The notes: generated by a model not told the origin, from the sequence alone. A stretch of DNA of 62,074 bases, filler included, from 4 parts of 4 records of this genome joined end to end with filler, not necessarily neighbours in it; one strand, 5' to 3'. Positions 47,047-57,946 are shown, counted from the whole stretch's first letter. Translations and numbers: made by a program.

Positions 47047-48621
47047 TTAGCCCAGTTCGCCGGCCAGCCCTTTGTCGATCAGCGCGATCGATTCCTGCAG
47101 GCCGTAAAGCGCGATAAAGCCGCCAAAGCGGGGGCCTTGGCTGGCGCCGAGCAACACTTCGTAAAGTGCCTTGAACCAATCGCGCAGCGGGTCAAACCGG
47201 TCGCGCCCGGCGGCATAGACCAGTGATTGCAGCGCCTCGTCCTCGACCGGGCCATCATAGGCCGCAAGCTGTGCGCGCAGATCTTGCAGCGCTTCGCGTT
47301 CCAGATCTGTGGGGGCGCGATAGGTTTTGCTGGGCTTCACGAAATCATTGTAATAGCGCACAGCAAACCCGGCGGCCTGATCTAGATCGGGGTGGGTTTC
47401 GGGGCTGGCCTGCGGGGCATAGCGGCGGATAAAGCCCCACATTTGGTCTTTATCTTCGGCTGATGATACGCTGGCCAGGTTCAGCAACATCGAGAAAGGC
47501 ACCACCATATGCGAGTTGGGCACCTGCCCGCCATGAATGTGCCACACCGGGTTGTTCAGCTGTGCTGTCTCGTCCTGGCCGGGAAAGGCGCGCAGCTGTT
47601 GGTGGTATTCATCCACCGCCTTGGGGATCACATCCCACCACAGCCGCTTGGCGGTTTTGGGTTTGAGATACATGAAATACGACAGGCTTTCGGTGGCCGC
47701 ATAGCTAAGCCATTCGTCGATTGTCAGGCCGTTGCCTTTTGATTTCGAGATCTTTTCGCCATTTTCATCCAAAAACAGCTCGTAGGTGAAATGCTCGGGC
47801 TTGCGCCCGCCCAAGATTTCACAGATCCGGTCATAGATGGGCGTGTTGGTGCTGTGGTCCTTGCCATACATCTCGAAATCAACATCCAGCGCCGCCCAGC
47901 GCGCGCCGAAATCGGGCTTCCATTGGAATTTCACATTGCCGCCCGTTACAGGCAGGGTCCATTCCCGCCCGTCTTCATCGTCAAAGGTGATGGTGCCATC
48001 CTTGGCATTGACCTCTTTCATCGGCACGTAAAGCACCCGGCCCGTTTCGGGGTGGATGGGCAAAAAGATCGAATAGGTGGCCGCGCGCTCGTCGCGTAGT
48101 GATTTCAGCATCACCGCCATGATCTGGTCATAGCGTTCTGTGGCGCGCAGCAGGGTTTCATCAAAGCGCCCGCTTTTGTAGTAATCGGTGGCCGAATAGA
48201 ATTCGTAGTCAAACCCAAACGTATCCAAAAAGCGGCGCAGCATGGCGTTGTTATGGCCGCCAAAACTGTCATGCGTGCCAAAAGGGTCGGGCACAGCCGT
48301 AAGCGGCATTTGCAGATTCGCCTGCAGCAATTCCGGGTTTGGCACGTTTTCGGGCACTTTACGCATGCCATCCATATCGTCGGAAAAGCAGATCAGCCGT
48401 GTCGGAATGTCGCTGATCACCTCAAAGGCGCGGCGTATCATCGTGGTGCGCAGCACCTCGCCAAAGGTGCCGATATGGGGCAGGCCCGACGGGCCATAGC
48501 CGGTTTCAAACAGCACATGGCCCTTTTCTGGCGGTGCTTTCTCGTAGCGTTTGACCAGCTTGCGCGCTTCTTCGAAAGGCCATGCTTTGGAAATGAGGGC
48601 GGCGTCGCGCAGGGTGGTCAT
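47047..48621 (-). CDS. lysS: Lysyl-tRNA synthetase, class I
   Basis: [14 protein letters not shown] (HIGH-like), KISKSKGN (KMSKS-like), GPRFG. Confidence 0.96.
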   Translation of the reverse strand: MTTLRDAALISKAWPFEEARKLVKRYEKAPPEKGHVLFETGYGPSGLPHIGTFGEVLRTTMIRRAFEVISDIPTRLICFSDDMDGMRKVPENVPNPELLQANLQMPLTAVPDPFGTHDSFGGHNNAMLRRFLDTFGFDYEFYSATDYYKSGRFDETLLRATERYDQIMAVMLKSLRDERAATYSIFLPIHPETGRVLYVPMKEVNAKDGTITFDDEDGREWTLPVTGGNVKFQWKPDFGARWAALDVDFEMYGKDHSTNTPIYDRICEILGGRKPEHFTYELFLDENGEKISKSKGNGLTIDEWLSYAATESLSYFMYLKPKTAKRLWWDVIPKAVDEYHQQLRAFPGQDETAQLNNPVWHIHGGQVPNSHMVVPFSMLLNLASVSSAEDKDQMWGFIRRYAPQASPETHPDLDQAAGFAVRYYNDFVKPSKTYRAPTDLEREALQDLRAQLAAYDGPVEDEALQSLVYAAGRDRFDPLRDWFKALYEVLLGASQGPRFGGFIALYGLQESIALIDKGLAGELG

Positions 48622-48737
48622 GCAGAAATACTCCATCGGTCCGCAGTGCCCCATGCACAGCAGACCGCCGCTTCCTATTGCGGCAGGGCCGCGCAGTCAA
48701 TATTCTGCACCGCAACATCATTGTTCAGGATAATTCC

Positions 48738-49163
48738 ATGACCGACGCAATACCCCACCCGCTTAGCCCACAAGATTGCCTTGTTGCGGTCATGATCGCC
48801 GTTTCGGCCTCGGATGAAGATATCCGCACCTCGGAGCTGGTAAAAATTCAGGCCACCGTGAACCATCTGCCGATTTTTGCAGCCTACGATATCGACCGCA
48901 TGAACCTGATTGCGCAAACCGTGTTTGACCTGTTTGCCGAAGAAGACGGGCTGGATGCGCTGTTTGGCCTGGTGCGGGAAAACCTGCCGACGCATCTGTT
49001 TGAAACCGCCTATGCCATGGCCTGCGATGTGGCCGCGGCCGATGGCACGCTGAATGACAGCGAATTGCGGCTATTGGAAGAAATCCGTTACGAGCTGGAA
49101 ATCGACCGGCTGCATGCCGCGGCCATCGAACGCGGGGCGCGGGCGCGGCACCTGTCGGAATAA
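48738..49163 (+). CDS. TerB-family protein
   Basis: MIAVSASD, ETAYAMACDVAAADG, AAIERGARAR. Confidence 0.83.
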   Translation: MTDAIPHPLSPQDCLVAVMIAVSASDEDIRTSELVKIQATVNHLPIFAAYDIDRMNLIAQTVFDLFAEEDGLDALFGLVRENLPTHLFETAYAMACDVAAADGTLNDSELRLLEEIRYELEIDRLHAAAIERGARARHLSE

Positions 49164-49180
49164 GCCTGCGCTGCAGGCCC

Positions 49181-49220
49181 GGGCAGGTGGGTTAAGGGCA
49201 GGTGGGTTAAGGGCAGGGGG
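49181..49220 (+). repeat. Tandem 15-bp G-rich repeat
   Basis: GGGCAGGTGGGTTAA x2 then GGGCAGG(GGG). Confidence 0.85.
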
Positions 49221-50738
49221 CTAGGCGTGAAAACGCTGGTCCCAATGCTCGATCAAGCGCGCTTGTAGCATTTTGGCACGCCCGTTCCAGGCACGCGCGC
49301 CGCGCGGGCGCTCTTTTTCCGCCTCGGGTATCGCGGCGCGCCTTTGGGTATTTGCGGCAAAGATCGCAAAAACCACGTCGCGACCGCCCTGGCATGTGGC
49401 AAAGCCTGCAAGGCTAGAGACAAAATTCAGCGTGCCGGTTTTCGCAGCCACCTGCACCGGGTGGTTGCGCTTGGGGCGGCCTTTTTCATCGCGCAGCAAA
49501 AACGGCTTCATCAACGGGCGCAGGTTTTGATCGGCATGGGCCTTTTGCAGCAGCGCCACCAAAGCCCGGGGGCTCAGGCGCGATGCATCGCCCAACCCGG
49601 AATGATCCACCAAATCAATGCCCCCAACCCCGGCGGCCTGTTCGGCCCAGCGGCTCATCTTTCTGGCCGATGCGGCCAGGTTGGGCATGCGGCTGCCATC
49701 CGCCTGGCTGCTGGCCAAACCGATCATTTCAGCGCTGAGGTTGGTCGAATATTTCAGCATCTCGCGCAGCAAATCGGCCAAGGGCGCGCTGCGCAGTTCG
49801 GCCAGTGTCGCTGGCGCAGTGGGCGCGCTGGTGGTTTCGGCCTCGGGGGGTAGCACAATACCATGGGCGCGCATCAGGGTGCGAAACACTTCGGCGGCAT
49901 AAAGCGCCGGGCGCCGCACCGGCAGCCAACGCCCCCCGCCATTGCCCAAGGCGCTGCGCGCCACTGTCCAGTGGTCTATGTTGCCACGGCGGCTGTAGGT
50001 ATATACGGGCGCGGTGCGCTCGGCCAGTTTCATACGCGCAATCTGCACGTCGGGCCGGTAGTTGAGCGAGCGGGCATCCATCGTGATGGCATAGCCGCTG
50101 CTGCTGCGCTTCCATTCAAAAAAGACGCGGTTGTAATTCAGCGCCATGCCGCTGATCGCCGGGTTATAGCCCACATGCTGGGGCTGGTCTTGGTCGATCT
50201 GTGCCGTTGTGGGCAGTGCACCGCCCCAAACCAAAAACCGCCCCCGAATTTCGCGCAGGCCCGTGGCCTTTACTTGGCGTGCCAATTCGGCCAGCCCCTC
50301 GGTGTCAAGGCTGGGATCGCCCCCGCCGACCAACACCAAATCGCCGTCGATCACACCGTTTTTCAGCGGTGTTGTGGCCATAACGCGGGTATGAAAGCGG
50401 TGCTTTGCCCCCAGCATATCCAGCGCATAAAGCGCGGTTATCGCCTTGGCCACGCTGGCAGGTGGCAGGGCCTTTTCGCCGCCGAATTCTTCTAAAATCT
50501 CGCCGGTTTTGGCATCGGCCACCGCATAGCAGACCTGCCCGCCCAAATTGGCGTTTTCGATGATTTGCACCGCCTGTGCCGTGGCTTTGGTGCTGGTGCT
50601 TGGCGCTATGCTGGCGGGCTGTGGGCGCAGCATGGGGCGCACCGATGCCTTGGGTGGGCGGGCGGCCGCAAACCCCGCGCAGCCGGCCCAAGCGGCAGCA
50701 GAGCAAAGCAGCAAACGACGGGACAAAGGCACACTCAT
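49221..50738 (-). CDS. dacB: D-Ala-D-Ala carboxypeptidase/endopeptidase PBP4
   Basis: PASVAK, GGGDP, STN, DHSGL, AKTGTL; Tat-like SRRLLL. Confidence 0.92.
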   Translation of the reverse strand: MSVPLSRRLLLCSAAAWAGCAGFAAARPPKASVRPMLRPQPASIAPSTSTKATAQAVQIIENANLGGQVCYAVADAKTGEILEEFGGEKALPPASVAKAITALYALDMLGAKHRFHTRVMATTPLKNGVIDGDLVLVGGGDPSLDTEGLAELARQVKATGLREIRGRFLVWGGALPTTAQIDQDQPQHVGYNPAISGMALNYNRVFFEWKRSSSGYAITMDARSLNYRPDVQIARMKLAERTAPVYTYSRRGNIDHWTVARSALGNGGGRWLPVRRPALYAAEVFRTLMRAHGIVLPPEAETTSAPTAPATLAELRSAPLADLLREMLKYSTNLSAEMIGLASSQADGSRMPNLAASARKMSRWAEQAAGVGGIDLVDHSGLGDASRLSPRALVALLQKAHADQNLRPLMKPFLLRDEKGRPKRNHPVQVAAKTGTLNFVSSLAGFATCQGGRDVVFAIFAANTQRRAAIPEAEKERPRGARAWNGRAKMLQARLIEHWDQRFHA

Positions 50739-50822
50739 GCCCGCACCCTAATTCTGCCAACCCCTATGGCACAAGGGGTGTTTTGGGCGAAATTTAGATA
50801 TGCCAAGCGCCCGCACACCCCC

Positions 50823-51443
50823 CTAGCCCCCTGCGCCCCAGCCGGTTTTTGCGCGCAGATCCGAAGACGAGATATCGCGCATGGGCACGTTCACAAAACA
50901 CCACCCCGGCGCCCCCCGGCGCGCCAGCAATTTTGCCGCACTGCTGGGCAGGCGCGCATGGCCGTACACTTGGGCCGCTTTCGATACTTGCCCCGAAATT
51001 TGTTGGCCAGGCCGGGCCAAAACACCCAAAGGCACGCGCTGCACGATATCTTGCCAGTTTTGCCAGCGGTGCAGCTGTGCCAGATTGTCAGCCCCCATCA
51101 GCCACAGGAAATGCACCCCCGGATAAAGCCGCTGCATGTGCCGCAGCGTATCGGCGGTAAAGCGCGCCTGCAGATGCCGCTCGATATCGCAGATTTTCAC
51201 CCGCGGGTGGCGCATAACCTGGCGCGCCTGTGCCATGCGCTGGGCCAAAGGTGCTGGGCCATGCGCCTTTAGCGGGTTGCCCGGTGTCACCAGCCACCAC
51301 ACCGCATCCAGCCCAAAACGGCGCAGCGCCTCGCGGGTGATATGGGCATGGCCCGCGTGGGCCGGGTCGAACGAGCCGCCCAACAAGCCGATGCGTTGGC
51401 CTTTTGTGGCAAAGGGCAGGGTATGGCGGGCAATAGGGCGCAT
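50823..51443 (-). CDS. nadD: Nicotinate-nucleotide adenylyltransferase
   Basis: GGSFDPAHAGH, PGNPLK, MGADN, ISSS. Confidence 0.93.
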   Translation of the reverse strand: MRPIARHTLPFATKGQRIGLLGGSFDPAHAGHAHITREALRRFGLDAVWWLVTPGNPLKAHGPAPLAQRMAQARQVMRHPRVKICDIERHLQARFTADTLRHMQRLYPGVHFLWLMGADNLAQLHRWQNWQDIVQRVPLGVLARPGQQISGQVSKAAQVYGHARLPSSAAKLLARRGAPGWCFVNVPMRDISSSDLRAKTGWGAGG

Positions 51444-51526
51444 ATAGGGGGCCTGTCCAACGTGGCGTTTATTCGCGCCGGACCCTGCCAGAAGGCGGGG
51501 GGGATGCAAACCTTTGTTTTCATCTG

Positions 51527-51548
51527 CCTGACATCTGTGCTTGTCAGG
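51527..51548. promoter_or_regulatory. Inverted repeat in nadD / pta divergent region
   Basis: CCTGACA-N8-TGTCAGG. Confidence 0.4.
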
Positions 51549-51613
51549 TTTGTCCTGGATGACAATGCGCATTTTTCGCGCTATGGCTGTATCACGGCCA
51601 GGAAAGGGCTGAG

Positions 51614-52999
51614 ATGGACCTAGAAAATCAGCTTTTTGACGAATTGCAGCTGGGCGCCACGCGCGAAATTCGCCGTTTGTGCACCCAAGATGATTTGCTG
51701 GCCTTTGCCAATATCTCGGGCAATCACAACCCCTTGCACCTATGGAACCGTGATGGCGATGGTGATGGCACCCCCGAGGCGCAGGTGCCGGGCATGTTTT
51801 TGGGCGCATTGATCTCGGCTGTGCTGGGCAATTTGCTGCCCGGGGCTGGCACCGTCTATCGCGCGCAAGATCTGCGGTTTCACCAGCCAGCGCAGGCCGG
51901 TGATGAATTGATCGCGCGGGTGACGGTGATGGCCAAATCGGCCGCGGATTGCGCCGTTACGTTGCAAACCGAAATTCGCCGGCCCCTCGATGATGCCTTG
52001 ATCGTGTCTGGCACGGCCATTGTTCAGCCGCCCCGGCGCAAGCTGAGCTATTCCAGCCAGGATGTGCCGGGCCTTTTGGTGCAGCGCCATCGGCATTTTG
52101 AAAAGCTTTTGGCCCAAGCAGAAAACCTGCCCCCCCTGGTGACAGCGGTGATTTGCCCGCATCAGCCACATGCGCTGAACGGGGCGTTGCTGGCGCAGCG
52201 CCATGGGTTGATTGCGCCGGTGCTGGTGGGCGACCCACAGGCCATTGCCCAAACAGCGCAGGCGCTGGGCGCCGATCTGGGCGGCACAGCCATTGTGGCC
52301 GCAGCCGATGATCTGGCCGCCGCCCGCGCAGCGGTGGGGCTTGTGCACCAGGGGCGTGCCGATGCGCTGATGAAGGGGCATATGCACACCGACACATTGC
52401 TGCGCGCGCTTTTAGATAAACAAGACGGCCTGCGCACCGGTGCGCGACTGACCCATGTTTTCGTGATGGATGTGCCCGGCCTGTCGCACCCGCTGTTGGT
52501 AACGGATGCGGCCATCAACATTGCCCCTGATCTGAAAACCAAGATGGATATCGTGCAAAATGCCATCGATCTGGCCCGCGCCATCGGGTTCGATCAGCCC
52601 AAGGTGGGCGTGCTGTCGGCGGTAGAAACGGTCAACCCCGATATCCCCTCGTCGATCGATGCCGCGCTTTTGTCGAAAATGGCCGAGCGCGGGCAGATCC
52701 GCGGTGGGCTGGTTGATGGGCCTTTGGCGATGGACAATGCCGTTGATCTGGCGGCTGCGCGCATCAAGGGGCTGGCAGGGGCGGTGGCCGGCCGCGCCGA
52801 GGTGCTGGTGGTGCCCAATTTGGATGCCGGAAACATGCTGGCCAAGCAGCTGACATATATCAGCCACGCCGAGGGCGCGGGGCTGGTTTTGGGGGCCAAG
52901 GTGCCGGTGATTTTGAATTCACGCGCCGATGATGATATGGCGCGGCTGGCCTCTTGCGCGGTGGCCGTGCTCTATCGGGCTGCGCAGAAAGGGCAATAA
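51614..52999 (+). CDS. Bifunctional MaoC-like (R)-enoyl-CoA hydratase / phosphate acyltransferase
   Basis: FANISGNHNPLH, LLPGAGTVY hot-dog domain; LMKGHMHT, DAAINIAP, DGPLAMDNA, AGNMLAK, SRAD. Confidence 0.9.
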   Translation: MDLENQLFDELQLGATREIRRLCTQDDLLAFANISGNHNPLHLWNRDGDGDGTPEAQVPGMFLGALISAVLGNLLPGAGTVYRAQDLRFHQPAQAGDELIARVTVMAKSAADCAVTLQTEIRRPLDDALIVSGTAIVQPPRRKLSYSSQDVPGLLVQRHRHFEKLLAQAENLPPLVTAVICPHQPHALNGALLAQRHGLIAPVLVGDPQAIAQTAQALGADLGGTAIVAAADDLAAARAAVGLVHQGRADALMKGHMHTDTLLRALLDKQDGLRTGARLTHVFVMDVPGLSHPLLVTDAAINIAPDLKTKMDIVQNAIDLARAIGFDQPKVGVLSAVETVNPDIPSSIDAALLSKMAERGQIRGGLVDGPLAMDNAVDLAAARIKGLAGAVAGRAEVLVVPNLDAGNMLAKQLTYISHAEGAGLVLGAKVPVILNSRADDDMARLASCAVAVLYRAAQKGQ

Positions 53000-53000
53000 C

Positions 53001-54179
53001 ATGGCGCATATTCTGGTGTTGAACGCGGGCAGTTCCTCGTTGAAATTTGGGCTGTTTACCGCTGAAAAGGCGCCGCAGCCCCTGGCCACAGGGCTGGTTG
53101 ATCGTATCGGCGGGCCCGCGCATATGCGCCTGCGCAGCCATGATGGCGGCGTTTTATGTGATGCCGCCGTGCCAGCTGCGCAAGCGGCCGATCATGCGGG
53201 CGCCTTGGCCGCGGCCTTTCACCATGTGGGGCAGCATTTTGCCCAGGCCCATATCGTTGCGGTGGGCCATCGCATTGTGCATGGCGGGCGCGATTTTGTG
53301 GCGCCTGTTGTGCTGGGGGCCAGCGAAATGCAGGCGCTTGCCGCTTTGGTGCCCTTTGCGCCCTTGCACCAGCCGCATAATCTGGCCGGTGTGCGCGCGG
53401 CTATGGCCTTGCTGCCCGATGCGGTGCAAATTGGCTGCTTTGACACGGCCTTTCACCGCCACCACCCGTTTGTAAACGATACCTTCGCCTTGCCGCGCGA
53501 CTATTACGAAAAGGGTGTGCGCCGCTATGGGTTTCACGGCCTAAGCTACGACTATATCGCCGGGGCCTTGGCAGACATGGCGCCCACATTGCACGCAGGC
53601 CGTGTGGTGGTGGCGCATTTGGGCAATGGCGCCTCGATGTGCGCGTTGCTGGCGGGGCGGTCTGTGGCCTCGTCGATGGGGTTTTCAGCGCTTGATGGCC
53701 TGCCCATGGGCACCCGTTCGGGGCAGATGGACCCTGGTGTGCTGCTGTATCTGATGGAGCAGGAAAACATGAGCGCGGCGCAGATCTCGGATCTGCTTTA
53801 TCGGCGCTCGGGCCTTTTGGGGCTGTCGGGTATCAGCCATGACATGCGCAGCCTTTTGGCATCGGATGCACCGCAGGCGCGCGAGGCGATCGATTATTTC
53901 TGCTTTCGTATCCGGCGCGAATTGGGCGGCTTGGCCGCCGCGCTGGAAGGGCTGGATGCGGTGGTGTTCACCGGGGGCATTGGCGAGAACGCAGCCGAGA
54001 TCCGCGCGCGCACCTGCGCTGGCATGGGCTGGATCGGCATCGAGCTGGACGCACCCGCCAACCAAGCGGGCGCAACCGTGATCAGCACACCGCTCAGCCG
54101 GGTGCGGGTGCTGTGTATTCCCACCAACGAAGAGCTGGTGATCGCCCGCGCCGCTGTGGCCCTTGCTGGGGCGGCCTAG
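53001..54179 (+). CDS. ackA: Acetate/propionate kinase
   Basis: LNAGSSSLK, GHRIVHGG, APLHQP, FDTAFH, YGFHGLSY, HLGNG, FTGGIGEN. Confidence 0.95.
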   Translation: MAHILVLNAGSSSLKFGLFTAEKAPQPLATGLVDRIGGPAHMRLRSHDGGVLCDAAVPAAQAADHAGALAAAFHHVGQHFAQAHIVAVGHRIVHGGRDFVAPVVLGASEMQALAALVPFAPLHQPHNLAGVRAAMALLPDAVQIGCFDTAFHRHHPFVNDTFALPRDYYEKGVRRYGFHGLSYDYIAGALADMAPTLHAGRVVVAHLGNGASMCALLAGRSVASSMGFSALDGLPMGTRSGQMDPGVLLYLMEQENMSAAQISDLLYRRSGLLGLSGISHDMRSLLASDAPQAREAIDYFCFRIRRELGGLAAALEGLDAVVFTGGIGENAAEIRARTCAGMGWIGIELDAPANQAGATVISTPLSRVRVLCIPTNEELVIARAAVALAGAA

Positions 54180-57100
54180 TAATCTTTTTCGAAATGCAAG
54201 CCAATGCCGGTATCGCCGCGCGAATCCACCCGCCCGCGCAAGGTAACATCTGGGCTTAGCTGCAGGTTCAGCTGCACCTCGGTTTCGCCCGCGCCCCGCA
54301 AGATCACATCGGAATAAAGCTGATCAGACAGGTATTTGCCGGCGCGTGCCTCGACCTGGCCATCGGTTGTTGTGTTTATGTCGAAATCATCCAGCGCCAA
54401 TTCCCGCCGCAGGTTGCCTGCCAGCCCATCGCCGCCGCCTGATAAACTGCGCAAAGCCGCCGCCAGCCGCACCGCCTGCAGGGGCGAGATTTGCGCCAGG
54501 TTTCGCCCAAATAACAGGCGGGCCAAAATCTCGTCCTGGGGCAGCTCGGGCGTGGCGCTAAGCTGCAATTCTGGTTTGGTGGCCACCCCCTGCAGGGCCA
54601 GCGTGATGCTGGTATCTTCGGTTTGGCTGGTGGCGGCAAAGCGAATGGTGGGGTCGAAACTGCCCTGCAGGTTTAAATTGCCCTCGGTCAGTGTCAGCCT
54701 GCGGCCCAGCACATCCAGCCGCCCGCGGATCAGCTGAAAACTGCCCTGCGGGGCGATTGCATCGCTTTGGCCCTGCAGGCGCAATTGGCCGCCCAGCTCG
54801 GCATCCAGCCCGCGGCCGCGCACAAAAATGCGGGCGGGCGCGTTAATTTGCATATCTATGCGGTAAATTGGGCCGGGCGCATCTGTGCGTGCGGTATCGC
54901 TTAGGCCCGCCCAAGTGCGGGTGCGCGCCACCTCGGATGGGGCATTGACGTGCACCAGCCCGGGCAAGCTGCCAAAACTGGGGCCGCTATTGGCTGCGAT
55001 AAACACATCTGTTTGCCCCAGTTGCAGTTGGCCACCCAGCACCGCACCGCCCGCCAATGGCCCGCGCAGCGCCAGCGTGCCATCTATAACCGTCTGATAA
55101 AGCGTAGGGTCACGCAGCACCGCTTGCACCAAACCCAGGCGCAGATCCGCAACATAGGGCGCCGCCATGCCCAGCTGCCCGCCAAGCGACACGCTGCCGC
55201 CATTGCCCAAAGCCCCCTGCACCGCCAGCTGTGCCTGCCCGCGCTGCAAGGTGATTTGGGCGTCGATCGCATCCAGCGACTGGCCCAGTTTCGGCAAAGA
55301 GAGGCGCGCGCCGGTGGTGCGCACCGTTCCCGCAACCGCGCTTAGGCGCAAGGGCCCCTCTAGGCGCAAATCATAATCTGCCATGCCGCTGATGCTGCGG
55401 GGGCGGATGCGCGCATTGACCAGCCCCAGCGGTGCCTGGCCCTGCAGCTGCAAGCTGGCAGTGCTGAAATCGCCGGCGATGCGGCCTTGCATTTGCGCAG
55501 CTGTGCCCGCGCGGGCACGGGCATTTGCGCTGATGTCCCAGCCGCCCTGCGGCTGTGGCGTGGCGCGGCCGGTCAGGGCAAGGCCGCCCGCCAATTCTGG
55601 GGCCAAAAAGCTGCCATCTTGCAGCTCTAGCTGCGCTTGCAGCGTGTCTTGGCCTTGGGGGGTTGCCGCTTGGGCCTGCATCTGCGCGGTCTTGATGTGC
55701 AAGGCACCCAGCCGCGGCGGGCCTTTGGGGGGGATGCTGGCTTGCAGCGCCAGGGTGCCTTGGCCTGCCAGCTGGCTGTCGATCATCGGCAGCCCCAGCG
55801 CCAGATCTTGGGTTTTGGCGTCAAGCTGCAGGGCCAGCGCGCCACTGGCAAGGCTGCCGCCTAGCTGCGCTGTGCCACGGGCCGCGCCGCGCAGCGGGCG
55901 GCCTGCCAGCGCCGAAAAAATGGCCAGATCAGGCGCGCTAAGCTGCGCTGTGGCCTCGGTGGTCAGGCTGCCCCGGGGCTGGGCCAGCTGCCCCTGCAGG
56001 CTGAGGGTGGTATCGCCCGCCAAGCTGGCCTGCCCGCTAAAGCCCCACATCTGTGTGGTGCCATCTGCCCGCAATGCAAGCTGCGCAGGCCCGTTCAAAC
56101 GCGGCTCGATCAGGCCCAAATCAGCGATTTCTGCGCGTAGCTGCAAGCGGCCGGCGCCATCGGGGGCCAGGGCGCCGCTGGCCTGCATCTGCCCGGTGCT
56201 GCTGCGCAGGCTTAGAGAGCGCAGATCGGTGCCACGGGTGCTGCGGGCCATATCCAGTTGCAGCGTGCTGGCGCCATCGCCCAGCAGCCCATCCAGCTGT
56301 GCCAGGCCGGTTTGCAGCGCCTGCGTTTGGCCCTCTAGGCTGATTTGGCCTGCCCCTGTCAGCGGGTTCAGCCGGCCCTCTAGCGCCAGTTCTGCCGCCC
56401 CGGCCAAGGGCCGTGCCAGCAGCGTGGCAAACCGCGACAGATCGCCCACCGCCGCGTGGCCCGAAAAGCCGATATCGGTGCCCGCGGTTGCGCTGAGCGT
56501 TGCAATATCAGCCTGCCCGCGAAGGCGGGCGTCACCCGCTTGCACCGCGATATTGCGCAGTGCCAGACCACCATCAGCTTGGGTGAAAAACACCAACTGC
56601 CCCGATAAACCCCGGCCCAGGGCCCGGGCCAAGCCCGGGTCTGGCGCCTGCAGCCCATCGGCTGTTAGGGCCAAAGTGCCGCCCATTTTGCCCTTACCCG
56701 TGCCCAAGCGGCCATTGGCGCGCAGCGCTACCGTTTCGGCGCCCCAGTCGGGCCGCTTTAGGGCGCGCAGCTGCGCATCGGCGCGCCAGCTGTCACCGGC
56801 GGCGCGGTCATACTCCAACGTCAGGGCGGCGCGGCCCAATTGGGTGCCGGGCTGCGCGAATGGCAGCGCGATCGGTGCCCCGTCGGGCGCTGCCGCTTGG
56901 GCATTGATCGACAGCCGTTCGGGCCACAACGCCCCATCCAGCTGGCCCTTTGCCTGCAGCGAAAGGGCGCGGGCCGACAGATCAAGCTGTTGCAGATCAA
57001 ACCCGCCCTGCGCACGGCGCTGTGCAGTGGCCTGCAACTGGGTGTTGGCGCCAAAAAACCCATGCAGGCGCGGGGCAAAAAACGGCCGTAAATCGCCGCT

Positions 57101-57946
57101 TATATCGGCTGTCATGCTGCGGTTGCCGGCCAGATCGGCGCGCATTTGCACGGCCCCCCCGAACTGGGTGGTGCCATCGGTGCCCAGGCTGAGATCGGCG
57201 CGAAAGCTGTCAATCGGCCCCTCGCCCTGCAGCGAGATTTGCAGGCTGGGGGCATCGGGCAGGCCCAGCGCGGTGGCGGCCAGCCCGCCTGCCGCCTCGT
57301 TCAGCGAGAGATCGAGCAGCAGGCGCCCGGTTTCGTTGCTGTAGCCGGCCTTTATCGCAAACTGGCCCTGTGGCCCTGACAGCCGGGTCAGCGATAGCTG
57401 GCTTTGCCCGGCGCCTGCGGCCAATTGCGCCGCGCCCTCGACGGCCAGTTGCAGGTCTTGGCCTGCCAGATCTACGCCCAGTGCCAATGTGCCGATTTTC
57501 AGCTGTGCAATTTGCAGCGCGACAGGCAGGTCGGGCAGGGCAAAGGGCGCGCGGGCTGCGGTATTATCCAATGCATGGCCTGCCTGCGGTGCCCGGCTCA
57601 GCGCCACGGTTTGCGCCGAAAGCTCGGCTATGTCCAGGCGCCCGCCCAGCAATGCGGCGCGGTTCCAATCCAGCACGATATCTTGCATCTGCAGCCAGGT
57701 GCCCGCCGCATCGCTGATGCGCAGCATATCGATTTCGGCGCGCCCGCTGAGCGCACCGCGAAACCCTTCGATTTCCACGTGCCGCCCGGCATCTGACAGC
57801 TGATCTTCGATGAAGGCTTGCAGCATGCCCCGATCGCGGGTGGTGGTGGTGCTTTGGGCGGTTTGCGCCGCCAGATCCAGCGGCAGTGCAGTTGCCAGTG
57901 CGAAACTGCAGGCCCAGGCCATATGTGCTGTGGCGCGGCGCATCAA
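54176..57946 (-). CDS. tamB: Translocation/assembly module TamB
   Basis: Long beta-rich protein; C-terminal DUF490 RGRGLDAELGG, PELPQDEIL, GKYL, EKDY. Confidence 0.9.
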   Translation of the reverse strand: MMRRATAHMAWACSFALATALPLDLAAQTAQSTTTTRDRGMLQAFIEDQLSDAGRHVEIEGFRGALSGRAEIDMLRISDAAGTWLQMQDIVLDWNRAALLGGRLDIAELSAQTVALSRAPQAGHALDNTAARAPFALPDLPVALQIAQLKIGTLALGVDLAGQDLQLAVEGAAQLAAGAGQSQLSLTRLSGPQGQFAIKAGYSNETGRLLLDLSLNEAAGGLAATALGLPDAPSLQISLQGEGPIDSFRADLSLGTDGTTQFGGAVQMRADLAGNRSMTADISGDLRPFFAPRLHGFFGANTQLQATAQRRAQGGFDLQQLDLSARALSLQAKGQLDGALWPERLSINAQAAAPDGAPIALPFAQPGTQLGRAALTLEYDRAAGDSWRADAQLRALKRPDWGAETVALRANGRLGTGKGKMGGTLALTADGLQAPDPGLARALGRGLSGQLVFFTQADGGLALRNIAVQAGDARLRGQADIATLSATAGTDIGFSGHAAVGDLSRFATLLARPLAGAAELALEGRLNPLTGAGQISLEGQTQALQTGLAQLDGLLGDGASTLQLDMARSTRGTDLRSLSLRSSTGQMQASGALAPDGAGRLQLRAEIADLGLIEPRLNGPAQLALRADGTTQMWGFSGQASLAGDTTLSLQGQLAQPRGSLTTEATAQLSAPDLAIFSALAGRPLRGAARGTAQLGGSLASGALALQLDAKTQDLALGLPMIDSQLAGQGTLALQASIPPKGPPRLGALHIKTAQMQAQAATPQGQDTLQAQLELQDGSFLAPELAGGLALTGRATPQPQGGWDISANARARAGTAAQMQGRIAGDFSTASLQLQGQAPLGLVNARIRPRSISGMADYDLRLEGPLRLSAVAGTVRTTGARLSLPKLGQSLDAIDAQITLQRGQAQLAVQGALGNGGSVSLGGQLGMAAPYVADLRLGLVQAVLRDPTLYQTVIDGTLALRGPLAGGAVLGGQLQLGQTDVFIAANSGPSFGSLPGLVHVNAPSEVARTRTWAGLSDTARTDAPGPIYRIDMQINAPARIFVRGRGLDAELGGQLRLQGQSDAIAPQGSFQLIRGRLDVLGRRLTLTEGNLNLQGSFDPTIRFAATSQTEDTSITLALQGVATKPELQLSATPELPQDEILARLLFGRNLAQISPLQAVRLAAALRSLSGGGDGLAGNLRRELALDDFDINTTTDGQVEARAGKYLSDQLYSDVILRGAGETEVQLNLQLSPDVTLRGRVDSRGDTGIGLHFEKDY

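Noticed and set aside
48738-49163. Tellurite-resistance or anti-phage ter island
   Set aside because: Solitary TerB-fold gene beside lysS; no other ter genes
50823-51443. nadD linked to the nicotinate catabolic cluster
   Set aside because: Different contig; ordinary housekeeping position beside dacB
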